Shown here: piece by piece, positions 9,806-20,629 of the stretch
Layout: each line of letters opens with the position of its first letter
Numbering within the stretch: the first letter of the stretch is position 1
From: Promethearchaeota archaeon
GTDB taxonomy: Archaea; Asgardarchaeota; Heimdallarchaeia; Hodarchaeales; Hodarchaeaceae
Assembly (NCBI GenBank): GCA_048938105.1
Contig: JBHLMN010000029.1
Coordinates: 1 to 54,756 of the forward strand
Reading direction: 5' to 3'
DNA length: 54,756 nucleotides
Made by a program: the position numbers and the translations under genes
Notes under the pieces: model-generated
Seen by the model: the letters and a program-made list of their open reading frames with translations, nothing else
Database searches by the model: none
What the model was told of the DNA's origin: nothing

Positions 9806-10480
9806 TCATATTATATTGTTAATCTCTTTTAAAACCTCTTCGAGAGACTTCCCAGTTAATTCTTTATAGCGCCTGCCAACAATTTCAAGAGATGTCTTTA
9901 AATAGGTTAAATATTGTTGCTTTTCTGCTTCCGATCGAATTAATCGACCATCATAAAGATTTTTTCTCTCTAGTGATTCAATCACGCGTAGTCGTTTAAA
10001 TATCTCGTCTTTGAGAGAAGTAATGACTTCTTTCTTACTCAAACGAGATGGTTTCACCTCAGTCGTGAGAGATTCAATACTAACTTTACTCACGCCTTCG
10101 ATTTTCGCCAGTTCATATGTTAGCTGCTCTTGAGAGATTCTCAAGTCAGAAAGATCGATGTAAACCTCATAAGTACAACGATCTTGCATGAAACACACCC
10201 CTGTGCTATAAAGGGTTCTTGTTTTGTACCTGATTAAAATTATACCAAACTCTTGTAAAAAATCGGGAGACAATTCACCAATTTCTATAGTAGCCTTGAG
10301 AACGTCAGGACTTCGGGCAGGAATGATTTGAATGACTTTGGTCGAGGGAGTAAGGATCATCAAAGCATACTTTACCCCTCCATAGATGTCATCCTTAATG
10401 GGGAGTGCTACAGGATATTTCCCCAGAAGGTCAAAGGGTTCATGAAGCTGAATCATTTTTGCGATGGTAAGAGGAAACAT
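9806..10480 (-). CDS. hypothetical protein with probable ACT-like domain and C-terminal helical region
   Basis: LKATIEIGELSPDFLQE...YEVYID...LAKIEGVSKVSIE beta-alpha-beta pattern. Confidence 0.5.
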   Translation of the reverse strand: MFPLTIAKMIQLHEPFDLLGKYPVALPIKDDIYGGVKYALMILTPSTKVIQIIPARSPDVLKATIEIGELSPDFLQEFGIILIRYKTRTLYSTGVCFMQDRCTYEVYIDLSDLRISQEQLTYELAKIEGVSKVSIESLTTEVKPSRLSKKEVITSLKDEIFKRLRVIESLERKNLYDGRLIRSEAEKQQYLTYLKTSLEIVGRRYKELTGKSLEEVLKEINNII

Positions 10481-10616
10481 TATTCACCATCCGCTTTCTG
10501 TAATGTCATTGATTCCACAAAGAGAGCATTTCATTATCAAAAAGGATGTTTAAACTTCAGAGATTATATTTGAACAATGAATTAGCATATCACCTTAAAT
10601 ATCCTATCTATGTGTT

Positions 10617-10749
10617 CCGAAAATGGAAAAATAGCGGACAGACATCAGACCGAACGCCTTGATATTGAAATAAACGATTCTTTAAACTACATGACGATAG
10701 ATTTTTGGAAAAATCTTAATTTCCACAGTTTTTCTTAAAACTAGCCCTT
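10617..10749 (-). repeat. near-complete 23S-trailer repeat
   Basis: gcggacagacatcagaccgaacgcc...tgacgatagatttttggaaaaatcttaatttccacagtttttcttaaaactagccctt. Confidence 0.9.
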
Positions 10750-11072
10750 TATATCACCTAATAATTCTATGGCAATGCCGACAGATAATGAGACCTGGTA
10801 TAGCCTATATCCTGTTTGTTTTTTTCTTATCTTTCACAGCATACGAACTTGTTCGGACTCCCACGGTAATAATGAGCAAATCTTCAGTAGAAACCATATC
10901 TCTATAGCTTGGGCGAAAGTGGCCTAGTCCTGAATAATCCAGGTTGATTTTTGCTTTACATGAGGGGCAGTACAGATGATCCAGGTAAATAATTTGAGAC
11001 AAACTAGAATCCTCTCATGATACCTTAATTAAAGCTTTCTAAGGAGTACGAAAAGAATCAATATAAAAAATA

Positions 11073-11630
11073 TCAGACCATTGCTTGTTTAGCGGTGGAT
11101 TTATTCCCAGGTAGATTATGGGTTATCAAAGAAAGAAGGATTTTTCTAAAGCCTTTGAAATCTTCGGATTTTAGACCATAATAAAAATCAGGCGACCCTT
11201 GTTCACTCTGGATCGATTCCTCAATAATTAGGGAATCATTTGTATCTTGGATTTCTATAAATGCAACGGGAATATTGGGATCACGATTGATAAACCGAAA
11301 ATAGTGGTAGAACGCTCTTGCAGACTCAAAAGATTCAGCATCATTCTTTGAAAACAGAATAAGGGCCCCATTGGAACGAAAATAGTGCTGAACCATTTTA
11401 TCGAAGAATCCCTGGCCAATGGGTTGGACTAATATCAATTTCACCCAGCACTCATCAATAAATACCCTTAAAGTAGAAATACTGATAGAAATAGATTCAA
11501 AAGTATGATTAGTGGTCTGACCGTGATGGCTTTGAACCAGTTGGCGAATAAGTTGGCCTACTAATTCATCAGGATGACCTAATACGGAAATCCTAATAAT
11601 AAACTCGTTTTTGTGGCTATTAGGGTTCAC
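11073..11630 (-). CDS. highly degenerate Rab-like GTPase-fold protein
   Basis: IRISVLG, VKLILVQPIGQGFFDK...YFRSNGALILFSK; stop lies in a tcagacc module-A remnant. Confidence 0.65.
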   Translation of the reverse strand: MNPNSHKNEFIIRISVLGHPDELVGQLIRQLVQSHHGQTTNHTFESISISISTLRVFIDECWVKLILVQPIGQGFFDKMVQHYFRSNGALILFSKNDAESFESARAFYHYFRFINRDPNIPVAFIEIQDTNDSLIIEESIQSEQGSPDFYYGLKSEDFKGFRKILLSLITHNLPGNKSTAKQAMV

Positions 11631-11818
11631 GGTTTCCCTAGTAGTCCTAGGAAATCAGAATATAAATACCTGGTGAAATGCTCTGAAATCACATCGAAAT
11701 CGTATACATATTCAGGTGTGGAGACGATGCGATTAACACCTCATATTTTCGTGCGCATTAGAAAATATTGTCAGGATTCGGTGAGAAGGGTTAAAGAGAT
11801 CATATCTTAGGATGTTAA

Positions 11819-12373
11819 TCAGTTATCAGAATCTTGGTTTTTTAGTACAACCTCTAAAATCGCGAAATTGCGTTGATGAAGCAGGACTTGAGCTCCAGGA
11901 ACGAGGAGGTCACGAGGAATGGAGGAGTCAACAACAACCGCAAATAACGGACCAGTACTGGATTTTACGATTGCTTTGCCACTCTCGAGTAGTGAATGGA
12001 TCGTGCCAACAAATAAGGGTGGTTGGCGTAATTTGATTAACTCTACTTTGAGATTATCTCTTTCTTCTTCAAATTTATTCCGTTGGACTTCAAGTAATGC
12101 ACGTTCCGTTTCTAATGCACGGATTCTCTTTTCCATGGTACGGGTATAAGAGTCCTCAAACTCTGAAATATCTGGAAGGCTCGAAACAGCAAACATAAGG
12201 CAGGCTTTAATATCCTCGACGGTGACCGAGGGAGAGTACTTTTCCATAATGTCTTCAAAAGACTTTCGTTCAGCAAGTAACTGGAGGATGGCTGTTACCG
12301 TAATACGAGTGCCTCGAATATGCGGTTGACCATCGCGGATATTAGGATCAATGACTATGCGATCTAATGACAT
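11819..12373 (-). CDS. DUF433-domain protein fused to the coiled-coil/OB N-domain of proteasome-activating nucleotidase (no AAA domain)
   Basis: RIVIDPNIRDGQPHIRGTRITV...TVEDIKACL (DUF433); ELIKLRQPPLFVGTI...AIVKSSTGPLFAV...LVPGAQVLLHQRNFAILEV (PAN N-domain); probable start MSLD at 12373. Confidence 0.8.
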   Translation of the reverse strand: MSLDRIVIDPNIRDGQPHIRGTRITVTAILQLLAERKSFEDIMEKYSPSVTVEDIKACLMFAVSSLPDISEFEDSYTRTMEKRIRALETERALLEVQRNKFEEERDNLKVELIKLRQPPLFVGTIHSLLESGKAIVKSSTGPLFAVVVDSSIPRDLLVPGAQVLLHQRNFAILEVVLKNQDSDN

Positions 12374-12447
12374 TTTCAATCCCCATCTGAAGTAGGGGAT
12401 CAGGTCATTTACCATTATAAATAATTCTCTTTCTCTGAAAGCCCATT

Positions 12448-12578
12448 AAAACGTAAAAAAACATATAGAAGTCAGACCGATTGCCCTCTCCTTGAAAATA
12501 GTTGAAATTATTGACTCCTGAAGCCCCCTGACGATAGCGTGTGGGAAAAAGTTTAATTTCCACACGGTTAGCCCTTGT
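12448..12578 (-). repeat. near-complete 23S-trailer repeat (insertion variant)
   Basis: tcagaccgattgccct...ttgaaattattgactcctgaagccccctgacgatag...ttaatttccacacggttagcccttgt. Confidence 0.9.
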
Positions 12579-12700
12579 TGTTCAAATGAGTATCAAGAAA
12601 GAGGATTATCAGTGTATATTGTTCTGAAATCTTAAAGTTCCCTGAAGGATAGTAAAGACTTAAAAAAGTCCAAGAGAAGATTAACAATGGGAGAAGAATA

Positions 12701-14032
12701 ATGGGGCCTAAACAATCCCTCCTGACTTTAATCCTTTCATTCCTGATTTTTTCATTGATTCTTACTTCTTTCAGTACCTTTGCCAATCTCGACAAATCAC
12801 CACTCTCTATTGATAGCACAGTATCTTATAAATCTCATCCGTCCATCGTTATTGACAGTAATGATGATTTTGGTGTTACAGGATACAGCTTTAATGGTTC
12901 TGGTACTATTCATGATCCTTACATAATAGCTAATTATAATTTTATCTCCTCTTCCTCTTATTTAATTTATATAGAAAATACAGGCGTACATTTCAAAATT
13001 GTGAACAATATCTTTGATGGTGTTAATCTTTCGTTCGACGCAATATACTTAAACAATGTTTCAAATGGGAAAATCTGTAATAATAGGTTTAAGAACCATA
13101 ACCATGCTATTTCTCTAGAGAAAAGCACCAATATTCTAATACAGATGAATCATATAACTTCCTCGAATCGTGGAATCTATCTCTACCCTCAAAGCAGTCA
13201 TAATACCATCATTGATAATTTAATGCTTAATAATAATCATCACGGTATATTTTTGGAATCTGGTTCATCTTATAACATTTTACGAGGAAACAAAATAGAA
13301 ACTATCATTAATGGTTGTGGAATTTACATAACAAAAGCAAATCATAATAAAATTGATAATAATACAATACGCAGCACCTCAGCATCTACTATACATCTCG
13401 GGGATTGTGTGAATAATACAGTCTCCGCAAATAATGTTAGTGGGAATGGAATAGTAATTTCGCATTCTTCCTATCTTAAAATTTTATCAAACATCGTTAA
13501 GTTCACAGCCGAGGATCCAGAGGAGCCAGGTTATTCTGGTGCAATAGAAATATACATGAGTGATTACATTTATCTGTTCAATAATTATGTGTCTAATCGG
13601 CCGGGATGGCTCGATTGTTTTTACCTCTGTTTCGCCCACTACAATACTTTAGAAAATAATACATTGTATTGTAATGACTCCTATGGATTCAGTCTGTATC
13701 CTACAACCTCATATAATTCTATTAAAGGAAATAATATCTATGGAACAACAGATCCAGAGGTGACTTCATTCGCTAGGGATAAAGGTTTCTCAAACACTTT
13801 TTCAATGAATTATTGGGAAGGATTTACTGATCCAGACTTAGATGGAGATGGATTTGTGGATAATAATTATTATATTGATGGGGATGCTGGAAATTTCGAC
13901 CCTCTACCCCTCACTGAACCCAATTCTCACGATCTCTCCGACCCTACAATAATCTTTCCAAATGGGGGAGAAATTCTAAATGGAACAGTAATTGTCCAAT
14001 TAAACCTTTTAAAAACACCCAAGAATCTTTAA
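12701..14032 (+). CDS. secreted right-handed beta-helix (NosD/PbH1-like) protein, C-terminally truncated
   Basis: Signal peptide, GSGTxxDPYII, Asn-rich repeats, NYW...DLDGDGFVD; ends inside the PNGGE Ig-like domain that is complete in 28083..31616. Confidence 0.8.
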   Translation: MGPKQSLLTLILSFLIFSLILTSFSTFANLDKSPLSIDSTVSYKSHPSIVIDSNDDFGVTGYSFNGSGTIHDPYIIANYNFISSSSYLIYIENTGVHFKIVNNIFDGVNLSFDAIYLNNVSNGKICNNRFKNHNHAISLEKSTNILIQMNHITSSNRGIYLYPQSSHNTIIDNLMLNNNHHGIFLESGSSYNILRGNKIETIINGCGIYITKANHNKIDNNTIRSTSASTIHLGDCVNNTVSANNVSGNGIVISHSSYLKILSNIVKFTAEDPEEPGYSGAIEIYMSDYIYLFNNYVSNRPGWLDCFYLCFAHYNTLENNTLYCNDSYGFSLYPTTSYNSIKGNNIYGTTDPEVTSFARDKGFSNTFSMNYWEGFTDPDLDGDGFVDNNYYIDGDAGNFDPLPLTEPNSHDLSDPTIIFPNGGEILNGTVIVQLNLLKTPKNL

Positions 14033-14251
14033 GGGAAGGCTTGTAAGCTGTTCCTCAATTTTCATAACCAACAAGCTATAAAAGCTTCTAAGTTTTCGGA
14101 TAATCTCATTTTCATTGATCACTCTCTCCAATGGGAATCAGAAGATGTCTCATGCATCAACAATTATGTAGAAGCAAAGTAGGGAGATAATGAAATCGCT
14201 CATCAGTAATAATCTGAAGAAGAACTCCAATGAATGATAGTGAACTAAAAC

Positions 14252-14365
14252 ATGAAGAAAAACACCATTCGGATAAACAACCGAGAACCTGCGATTCTGA
14301 CAGCAGAGTTAACCTATTTAGGGTATCAGGTGGAAAATGTCCTGTTAGAGGCGGGAGATTTTGAA
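14252..14365 (+). pseudogene. N-terminal remnant of an ERCC4/XPF-type nuclease domain
   Basis: IRINNREPAILTAELTYLGYQVENVLLEAGDF resembles the I.D.RE...L..GD(Y/F) start of ERCC4; the ERK motif is absent and the rest of the ORF is unrelated. Confidence 0.45.
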
Positions 14366-14590
14366 GGAAAGACGAATTTCCTAAATCGTATATTTATTAT
14401 TTCCCCTATCCAAAAGTCCCCCCAGCCACTTGTGCAGAAGCAATTCCTAAAAAGAAAAAAAGATAGGCACCAGAGGATCCACATGATGACTTCGAGAAAC
14501 TTAGGAGGGAGAGATCCCCTATGAAATCAATCTTAGAATGGTTGAAAAAGGATGAGAAAGATTATATAGGCCTCAAACGGAGGAAGAATC

Positions 14591-15355
14591 ATGATAACGC
14601 TGCCAATACCCCCAATAGTAATGGTGATAATCTCACTTTTTGTAATAATAATTGGGTTTCTAATAGGTGTAACTGAACCCTATGCGGGTGTGGTTCTTGT
14701 ATTACTAGGACTACTCAATTTGATTATTAATATCCCAGGATCAGTACTACAATTCTGGAGGATATATAAGCAGTCGAAAACGGGAGAAAGAGCCTTTATT
14801 AAATCATATCAAACTCAGAGAAGAAAACTAGCAAAAACTCAATCTAGATTGACATATGGAATAAAAGAATTTGAAAAACAGAATTATGGTCGGGCGATAG
14901 AGGATTTCAAAGCAGTTCTAAAGGATAGCAGTTTAACAGGGAAAATGGAAATGGAGGTTTTAGGCTTGATTGCTCGGAGTTATTTACTTAAGAAAGATTG
15001 GACAGAAGCACTTAATTATGCTGATCAAGTATTTTCCCTCGGACTAGCAATGAAAGTGCACCCCTCCTATGAGAATTACTTAGTCCGAATCGAAAGTGCA
15101 TTAAAAACAACAGATTTACAAAAAGCCTATTCAACACTGATAGTAGCAAAAGAAAAGTTTGGATCAAAACCAGAATTGGAAAAAGTAGAAAGCCTACTAA
15201 CACCATACATGAGAGATATTGAAGGAAAGTTACCTCTCATCTGTCCCAAATGTGGGTTGGCTTATCAAAGAGGGAATGTCCCAGCATTTTGTTTTTCATG
15301 TAATGAAATACTCATAGACGGTGATGATCTAATAACATCCTTTGATGAAAACTAA
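14591..15355 (+). CDS. membrane-anchored TPR protein with C-terminal zinc ribbon
   Basis: 2 TMs, TPR-like helices, CPKCG...FCFSCN. Confidence 0.75.
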   Translation: MITLPIPPIVMVIISLFVIIIGFLIGVTEPYAGVVLVLLGLLNLIINIPGSVLQFWRIYKQSKTGERAFIKSYQTQRRKLAKTQSRLTYGIKEFEKQNYGRAIEDFKAVLKDSSLTGKMEMEVLGLIARSYLLKKDWTEALNYADQVFSLGLAMKVHPSYENYLVRIESALKTTDLQKAYSTLIVAKEKFGSKPELEKVESLLTPYMRDIEGKLPLICPKCGLAYQRGNVPAFCFSCNEILIDGDDLITSFDEN

Positions 15356-15687
15356 TATGTGAAGGAAAAGAACCCTTTACCAGCAATTCCAAGTTAAAAT
15401 ACTCTCGATCTTCCATGATGATCTTTTTGATATAGAAAAGAGTCTTACGAAGAGGATACCCCCTTGAATCATTGACATTTTTTATATCAAATGATGTAAT
15501 TTTTTTTTCCTATCATAAATATATACTCAAAATTACGATCTTCTTCAGACTGATAGGGATGGAAAAATGATTAATCAAGAATACCTGCAAGACTTATTAG
15601 AAGAACAGAAATTGTCTGAAAACCAGATTACGAATCTAAAGAATTTAATAAATAAGATCCAGACACAATTAGAAGAATTAGAAGGTC

Positions 15688-15972
15688 ATGAAAGTGAGTA
15701 GGAGTACAAACAAAATCCTCTATTATGTCAGGGATCATGAAACCACGAAACGGTTCTTCGATCCAAGACTGATAATCATCCCAGGAGGATATTTGCTGGT
15801 AATGATTCTATTAAGCCCAGATATATACGCTATTAGGGGGTTTCTGTATATTCTCGTCATAGAATGGCTGATTGTCTATGGAATAATTGTCCTAGAAAAA
15901 ATACAAACGATCATCAACCAGCAGGAGACAATCATTACCTTATTAGAAAAGAGAGGATATGATCAGGCGTAA
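15688..15972 (+). CDS. small membrane protein
   Basis: 94 aa, 2 TMs. Confidence 0.45.
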   Translation: MKVSRSTNKILYYVRDHETTKRFFDPRLIIIPGGYLLVMILLSPDIYAIRGFLYILVIEWLIVYGIIVLEKIQTIINQQETIITLLEKRGYDQA

Positions 15973-16143
15973 CATCGAACTACCTGCGTGATCCATGAGC
16001 TCATGGGCGGGTACACCAGCAAAATCGACTGGAAGAACAAATATTCATGCTTCGATGAACTCGGTAGGAAAATGGATTATGATAGCAAAATGTATAAAGA
16101 TGCAAGTTCTAGAAATACCTACAAATGAAAGAGGGAAGATTTA

Positions 16144-16842
16144 TTGAGTTCTGATATGTTGGACTTGTATCTAGGCCGAGGGCTGCGATTATATCGAACT
16201 CACAAGTATGAACAGGCTGCAATTACCTTTCAAAAAGTACTCAAACACACGACAGCCAATGATAACCCAAAAGGTATTATTTACGCCCTGCTGGCACTGG
16301 GTGATTGTAATTTCTATCTACTACATATTGAGGAGGCTATGACTAATTTCGAGAGAGCTCGTACAATCACAAAACAGATAAAAGACAAAAATACACAGGC
16401 ACTCTCTCAAGTAAATCTAGGAAAATGCTTACTCCTCAAAGGAGGACATAGCACTCAAGCACGATATTTACTGATGGAAGCAATCCAGATTTTCGATGAG
16501 CTTGAAGATGACTTGGGCTTGTTGTACGCCTATAGCATATCGGGAGCACTGGAAGTAATTCAAGGAAATAGGGAAGCAGCGAAAGAGTATTTTGAACGAG
16601 GATTAATTCAAGCTCAATTGGTAGGCAAAAAACAGCTCCAAGACTATTTTAATCGAAGACTGAAGGAAAAAAGAGGAGAAGAAATACCATTCCCATACAT
16701 CTACTACCATCCATACCCGATGGGCCCACCAGCAGCCAGTGCAGAAGACATCCTAAAACGAATCCCCTGTCCCTCCTGTCAGGAGATAGTGCCAGACGGG
16801 ACAAAAATCTGCCCATTCTGTGGATATCGGTTTGTAGAATAG
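16144..16842 (+). CDS. TPR protein with C-terminal zinc ribbon
   Basis: Several TPR repeats (ALLALGDCNF, SQVNLGKCLL), CPSC...CPFCG. Confidence 0.8.
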   Translation: MSSDMLDLYLGRGLRLYRTHKYEQAAITFQKVLKHTTANDNPKGIIYALLALGDCNFYLLHIEEAMTNFERARTITKQIKDKNTQALSQVNLGKCLLLKGGHSTQARYLLMEAIQIFDELEDDLGLLYAYSISGALEVIQGNREAAKEYFERGLIQAQLVGKKQLQDYFNRRLKEKRGEEIPFPYIYYHPYPMGPPAASAEDILKRIPCPSCQEIVPDGTKICPFCGYRFVE

Positions 16843-16893
16843 TATCAAAGGTGACAATTAAATGAACTTATTTATAGGTGAAGGGGTTTTAGA

Positions 16894-17472
16894 TTGAAAT
16901 TAAGTCAACAAATTTCACATAAAATCTTATTCGGATCAGGTTTAACACTGGCAGGAGTATCAACTCTTCTTAAAACATTCCTAGACTGTTGTCCTCCAAG
17001 ACGAGACCACCTCTACCATGCCACAATCGATTATGAACGGATGGAATTAGATTATGCGAACACAAATTTCACCATTTTTGATCTAGGTAACCAAACTGCA
17101 TTTTTAGACAAATTTGTAGGAGAATTAAAGGAATTTCTATTTGGTAAAGTTCGAGTACTAGTATTTGTAGTAGATCCAATAGAAATCCTATCTTTGAAAC
17201 AAGTAAGGTACTATTTTGAGAAAATGATTAACCATCTTACAACATTTAGTCCTGAAGCAAAAGTCTTTGTCTTAATTAATAAATGGGATCTCGTGCCAAA
17301 AAATCTTACAGAAGAACTATATAACGAGATTGAATCTTATCTTTTTGAAAATGTAGACCCCTCCTATCAAAAGTCGAATATTCGGATATATAAAACCTCT
17401 GTATTCAATAAAACACTAACTAAACCAATGCTCGATGTATTTACCACGGTTTTAACAGGAGAATTTCTGTAA
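16894..17472 (+). CDS. Rag/Gtr- or Arf-like small GTPase with altered P-loop
   Basis: G1 GLTLAGVST, ATIDYE, DLGNQ (G3), VLINKWD (G4), KTSV (G5). Confidence 0.8.
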   Translation: MKLSQQISHKILFGSGLTLAGVSTLLKTFLDCCPPRRDHLYHATIDYERMELDYANTNFTIFDLGNQTAFLDKFVGELKEFLFGKVRVLVFVVDPIEILSLKQVRYYFEKMINHLTTFSPEAKVFVLINKWDLVPKNLTEELYNEIESYLFENVDPSYQKSNIRIYKTSVFNKTLTKPMLDVFTTVLTGEFL

Positions 17473-17690
17473 GAAGACATTACCGAATTTGACAAATATC
17501 AGATCGATCCCGTTCTAAAATAAGTGAAAAAGGACAAGATAAAAATCATGTTTTAACTAGTAAAGGAGTAAAACCACATTTCAAGAAAAGAATCACATTT
17601 GGAAGCTTTATAAATAAGGAGTGGATGCAATAAAAGGGAAGAGTGGAAAGCACGAAGGAAATCAAATAATGCGAGGAGCGATTTGATTGA

Positions 17691-18293
17691 GTGGAAAACA
17701 CTCTCGAGAAGCAGAAGAGGTGGAAGAGAATGGCATTAAAGCCACCAAGTAGACAGGTAAAGACAATCCGAGAGCTAATCTATTGGTATTATGCAGATTT
17801 AATTGCACGAGCGGCAGGGTTTGAGGGGAATTATGGATTTGTGATGTCCCGCTATAAGAAATTAAAATCGGGAGAAATGAAATGGGCATCGTCAATCCGA
17901 GATAAACAAAAGGAATGGGAAAAGGGGCAAGTGTGTGTCTATTGTGAAGCAACAACAAATGTGACTCATGACCATATCATCCCAGCATCAAGAGCAGGGG
18001 TGGATCCACGAGTGAAATGCCTTTTGGAATCAGCGGACAACTGCGTTTGGGCCTGCAAATCGTGTAATAGTAGCAAAGGGGCTCGTGATATCTTCGAATG
18101 GTATGGAGAAGATAAAATTAACGACATTCCACGGTTGGTCTTGTCCAAATTTCTCAAGCTGACATATCGCTTACATGAAATCCAAGGAACATTGGACTCG
18201 GCAGATCTCGATATGGACGGCGTTCTGAACATCTATGATTTAGGGGTCGTAATTACTCACCTGATTGCCAAACTCTCGGGCCAAACATCTTAA
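17691..18293 (+). CDS. HNH endonuclease
   Basis: CVYC...THDHIIP...NCVWACKSCNSSKG; probable ATG start at 17730. Confidence 0.9.
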   Translation: MENTLEKQKRWKRMALKPPSRQVKTIRELIYWYYADLIARAAGFEGNYGFVMSRYKKLKSGEMKWASSIRDKQKEWEKGQVCVYCEATTNVTHDHIIPASRAGVDPRVKCLLESADNCVWACKSCNSSKGARDIFEWYGEDKINDIPRLVLSKFLKLTYRLHEIQGTLDSADLDMDGVLNIYDLGVVITHLIAKLSGQTS

Positions 18294-18412
18294 GTGGTAT
18301 GGAATTTGTATAAACGAAATTTTCTAGAGCTTCTAATTAAATCTCAAGTAATTCAATATATTTTTTCTAATTTTGAATAGGGGTGTAAAAAATAACAATC
18401 TTACAAGATCCT

Positions 18413-19759
18413 GTGACTGGGCTATTTTCAGCAATTCAAGTAATAGGCCTTATTGCCAACTTGATTCTTATTGGAATTCTCATTCTTCTGCATTTATTAA
18501 CCACTTATTTGTTAGTAACAAAGGTTGGAATAATTAAAGCGCTGAAAGATGTCATCAAGATACGAAATCCATTTAATGACTCATTAGGAGTTTCGATCCT
18601 CTTGGGATCCTTAATTCTATGGGTGGGATTCTTCTTACTAGGATCAATAAATACTACTTACTGGACCCTTCTAGTCGGTATCTTTCTAGCAATTTTAATC
18701 GCAAGCTGCTTTGGCTTCTTGGCTAGTACAAATGTGGGAATAAATGTTGGTTTAAATGGAACAGCATTTGGTTTTCTCATATACAGTCTTAGTCTTAAAG
18801 GATTCAGTTTCTGGCAAGAATACTCATGGCTATTTGTCATTGTTACAATATGTAGTTTGTTCGCTGGATGGTTTGGTGGATGGCTAGGAAAAGGACAATT
18901 TCGCCACTCAATTGCTGTAAGTGTCTATAGAATCAAAGTAAGAGATTTGGATACAAATACAATCCTGAATCCAGTAATCGCAATTCCAAAAATCGAAAGC
19001 AAAATAATAGAGATTTATAATGAGGAATGGAAAAAAGGGGTCAAATTATCAAAAGGAACCTTATATGATTCAATTCACATCGAAACTAAAGGATCAACAA
19101 AATCTACAATGAAAGTCGGTTACCAAGAGTATCGAGAAGACTTCTTAATATCAAAAAAGATGAATAGAACAGTAATGACTCTTAAAGATGCCCTTAAGAT
19201 AGGAAAAAAGACCTTTCCTTATGCATCATACACAAATATGAATTATGTTCTTGATTCAATATACAATTTTGTGTTTAATGTCCGAACATGTGGAGTTATT
19301 ACTAATATTGATACCAATTCAACTCAAACCTATCTAATTGTTTCAACTTTCACAGAAACACCCTCTATGATCTGGAATAGTATATTCTCTAAAAAAATGG
19401 CGGAAAGAATTCATAAGGGACTGAAAATTCCAATAATTGATTTTTCTAATTCATTAAAGATCGATTTGGAATCACTAACCCAAAATGAAATATGTATCAC
19501 AGCATCAAAAGAAAGAAGTATTCCCCTTGAGTTAAAAACAAAGTTTGATCTTCCAATGTTCTCATGTTATGAGGAACGACTAGCATTGGAAGAGGGGATG
19601 AGTGAAATTCTTCATTTAGTAAAGAAATACCTATTTCCTGAAACATTCTTCTCAAGAATTCGTTCAATGACAAAGTATTTCTTGGTATTGTTCAATATCT
19701 CAGTAGGAGTAATTTTAACAATCATCCAGAATCTAGTAATTAACTTAATGGGGTCTTGA
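18413..19759 (+). CDS. hypothetical membrane protein
   Basis: 448 aa, ~5 N-terminal TMs, soluble domain, C-terminal TM. Confidence 0.65.
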   Translation: MTGLFSAIQVIGLIANLILIGILILLHLLTTYLLVTKVGIIKALKDVIKIRNPFNDSLGVSILLGSLILWVGFFLLGSINTTYWTLLVGIFLAILIASCFGFLASTNVGINVGLNGTAFGFLIYSLSLKGFSFWQEYSWLFVIVTICSLFAGWFGGWLGKGQFRHSIAVSVYRIKVRDLDTNTILNPVIAIPKIESKIIEIYNEEWKKGVKLSKGTLYDSIHIETKGSTKSTMKVGYQEYREDFLISKKMNRTVMTLKDALKIGKKTFPYASYTNMNYVLDSIYNFVFNVRTCGVITNIDTNSTQTYLIVSTFTETPSMIWNSIFSKKMAERIHKGLKIPIIDFSNSLKIDLESLTQNEICITASKERSIPLELKTKFDLPMFSCYEERLALEEGMSEILHLVKKYLFPETFFSRIRSMTKYFLVLFNISVGVILTIIQNLVINLMGS

Positions 19760-19765
19760 ATTCAG

Positions 19766-20377
19766 ATGTTAGCTTCGGGTCATCTTTTCTTTGCAGTCTT
19801 TTTAGGAACAATCCTTATGAGTATTACTGGGGCGGTCTCTATTGAAGGGCTGATTGTCGTTATGATAAGTGGGGTACTACCTGACTTAGATGGCGTATTA
19901 CATTTCTTGCGGGGGAAAAAGTATGATAATACATTTCGTCATCATACATGGCCAACGCACACATTCTTCCTGTATTTCCTAGGTTTTCTAGTAATTTTTC
20001 TCCTGGGGTTTCCATTGTTTTCACTATTGTTTTTAATCGGCACTTTTTCACATCTCGGGGAAGATATGATCGGATCAGGGGATGGCATAGCAGTTTTTTG
20101 GCCTTTTAGTAAAAAAATGTTCGGAATCCACCTACTAAACGCACACGGAAGGGAATGGATGGAGAAATATTTGAGTTTTTGGTATTTCCGTTGGATTGAA
20201 CGTATCGCTATAATACTAGGACTTTTATGCATTTTAATGATAGGAATGACTATTTGGGAAAGAAATGGAATTATAAATATTATATGGCTAACCATTATGG
20301 GTGTCAGTCTAATAGGGGGAATTTTAATGTTCAAAGTAACACTATCAATACCCCGATCCAGTCACGAAATTGCTTAA
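19766..20377 (+). CDS. membrane metal-dependent hydrolase (YdjM/DUF457-like)
   Basis: GHLFF, LPDLD, HH...THT, SHLGED..G, GI..FWP motifs. Confidence 0.8.
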   Translation: MLASGHLFFAVFLGTILMSITGAVSIEGLIVVMISGVLPDLDGVLHFLRGKKYDNTFRHHTWPTHTFFLYFLGFLVIFLLGFPLFSLLFLIGTFSHLGEDMIGSGDGIAVFWPFSKKMFGIHLLNAHGREWMEKYLSFWYFRWIERIAIILGLLCILMIGMTIWERNGIINIIWLTIMGVSLIGGILMFKVTLSIPRSSHEIA

Positions 20378-20399
20378 ATTGTGGAAATTTAACCGATTG

Positions 20400-20522
20400 C
20401 ATGAAATCCAGGGAACGCTAGACTCAGTAGATCTTGACATGGATGGTGTTCTGAACATCTACGATTTAGGAGTGGTCATCACGCACCTGATTGCCAAACT
20501 CTCGGGCCAAGTAGGCACTTAG
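20400..20522 (+). pseudogene. orphan 3' end of a second allele of the HNH gene
   Basis: Encodes HEIQGTLDSVDLDMDGVLNIYDLGVVITHLIAKLSGQVGT*, vs HEIQGTLDSADLDMDG...SGQTS* at 18174-18293; differences mostly synonymous. Confidence 0.9.
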
Positions 20523-20629
20523 TTGATGTAACATATTGACCTGGGTTACAAATTGACAACAACCAAAAAGCTTGTCTTATTTGGCTTAGCACGGTCAAAA
20601 AAGACCACAATCCGAAAATGGTTATTTAA

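Noticed and set aside
15567-15701. 44-aa ORF MINQEYLQDLLEEQKLSENQ... possibly the start of a truncated gene
   Set aside because: Too short to assign a family without a search
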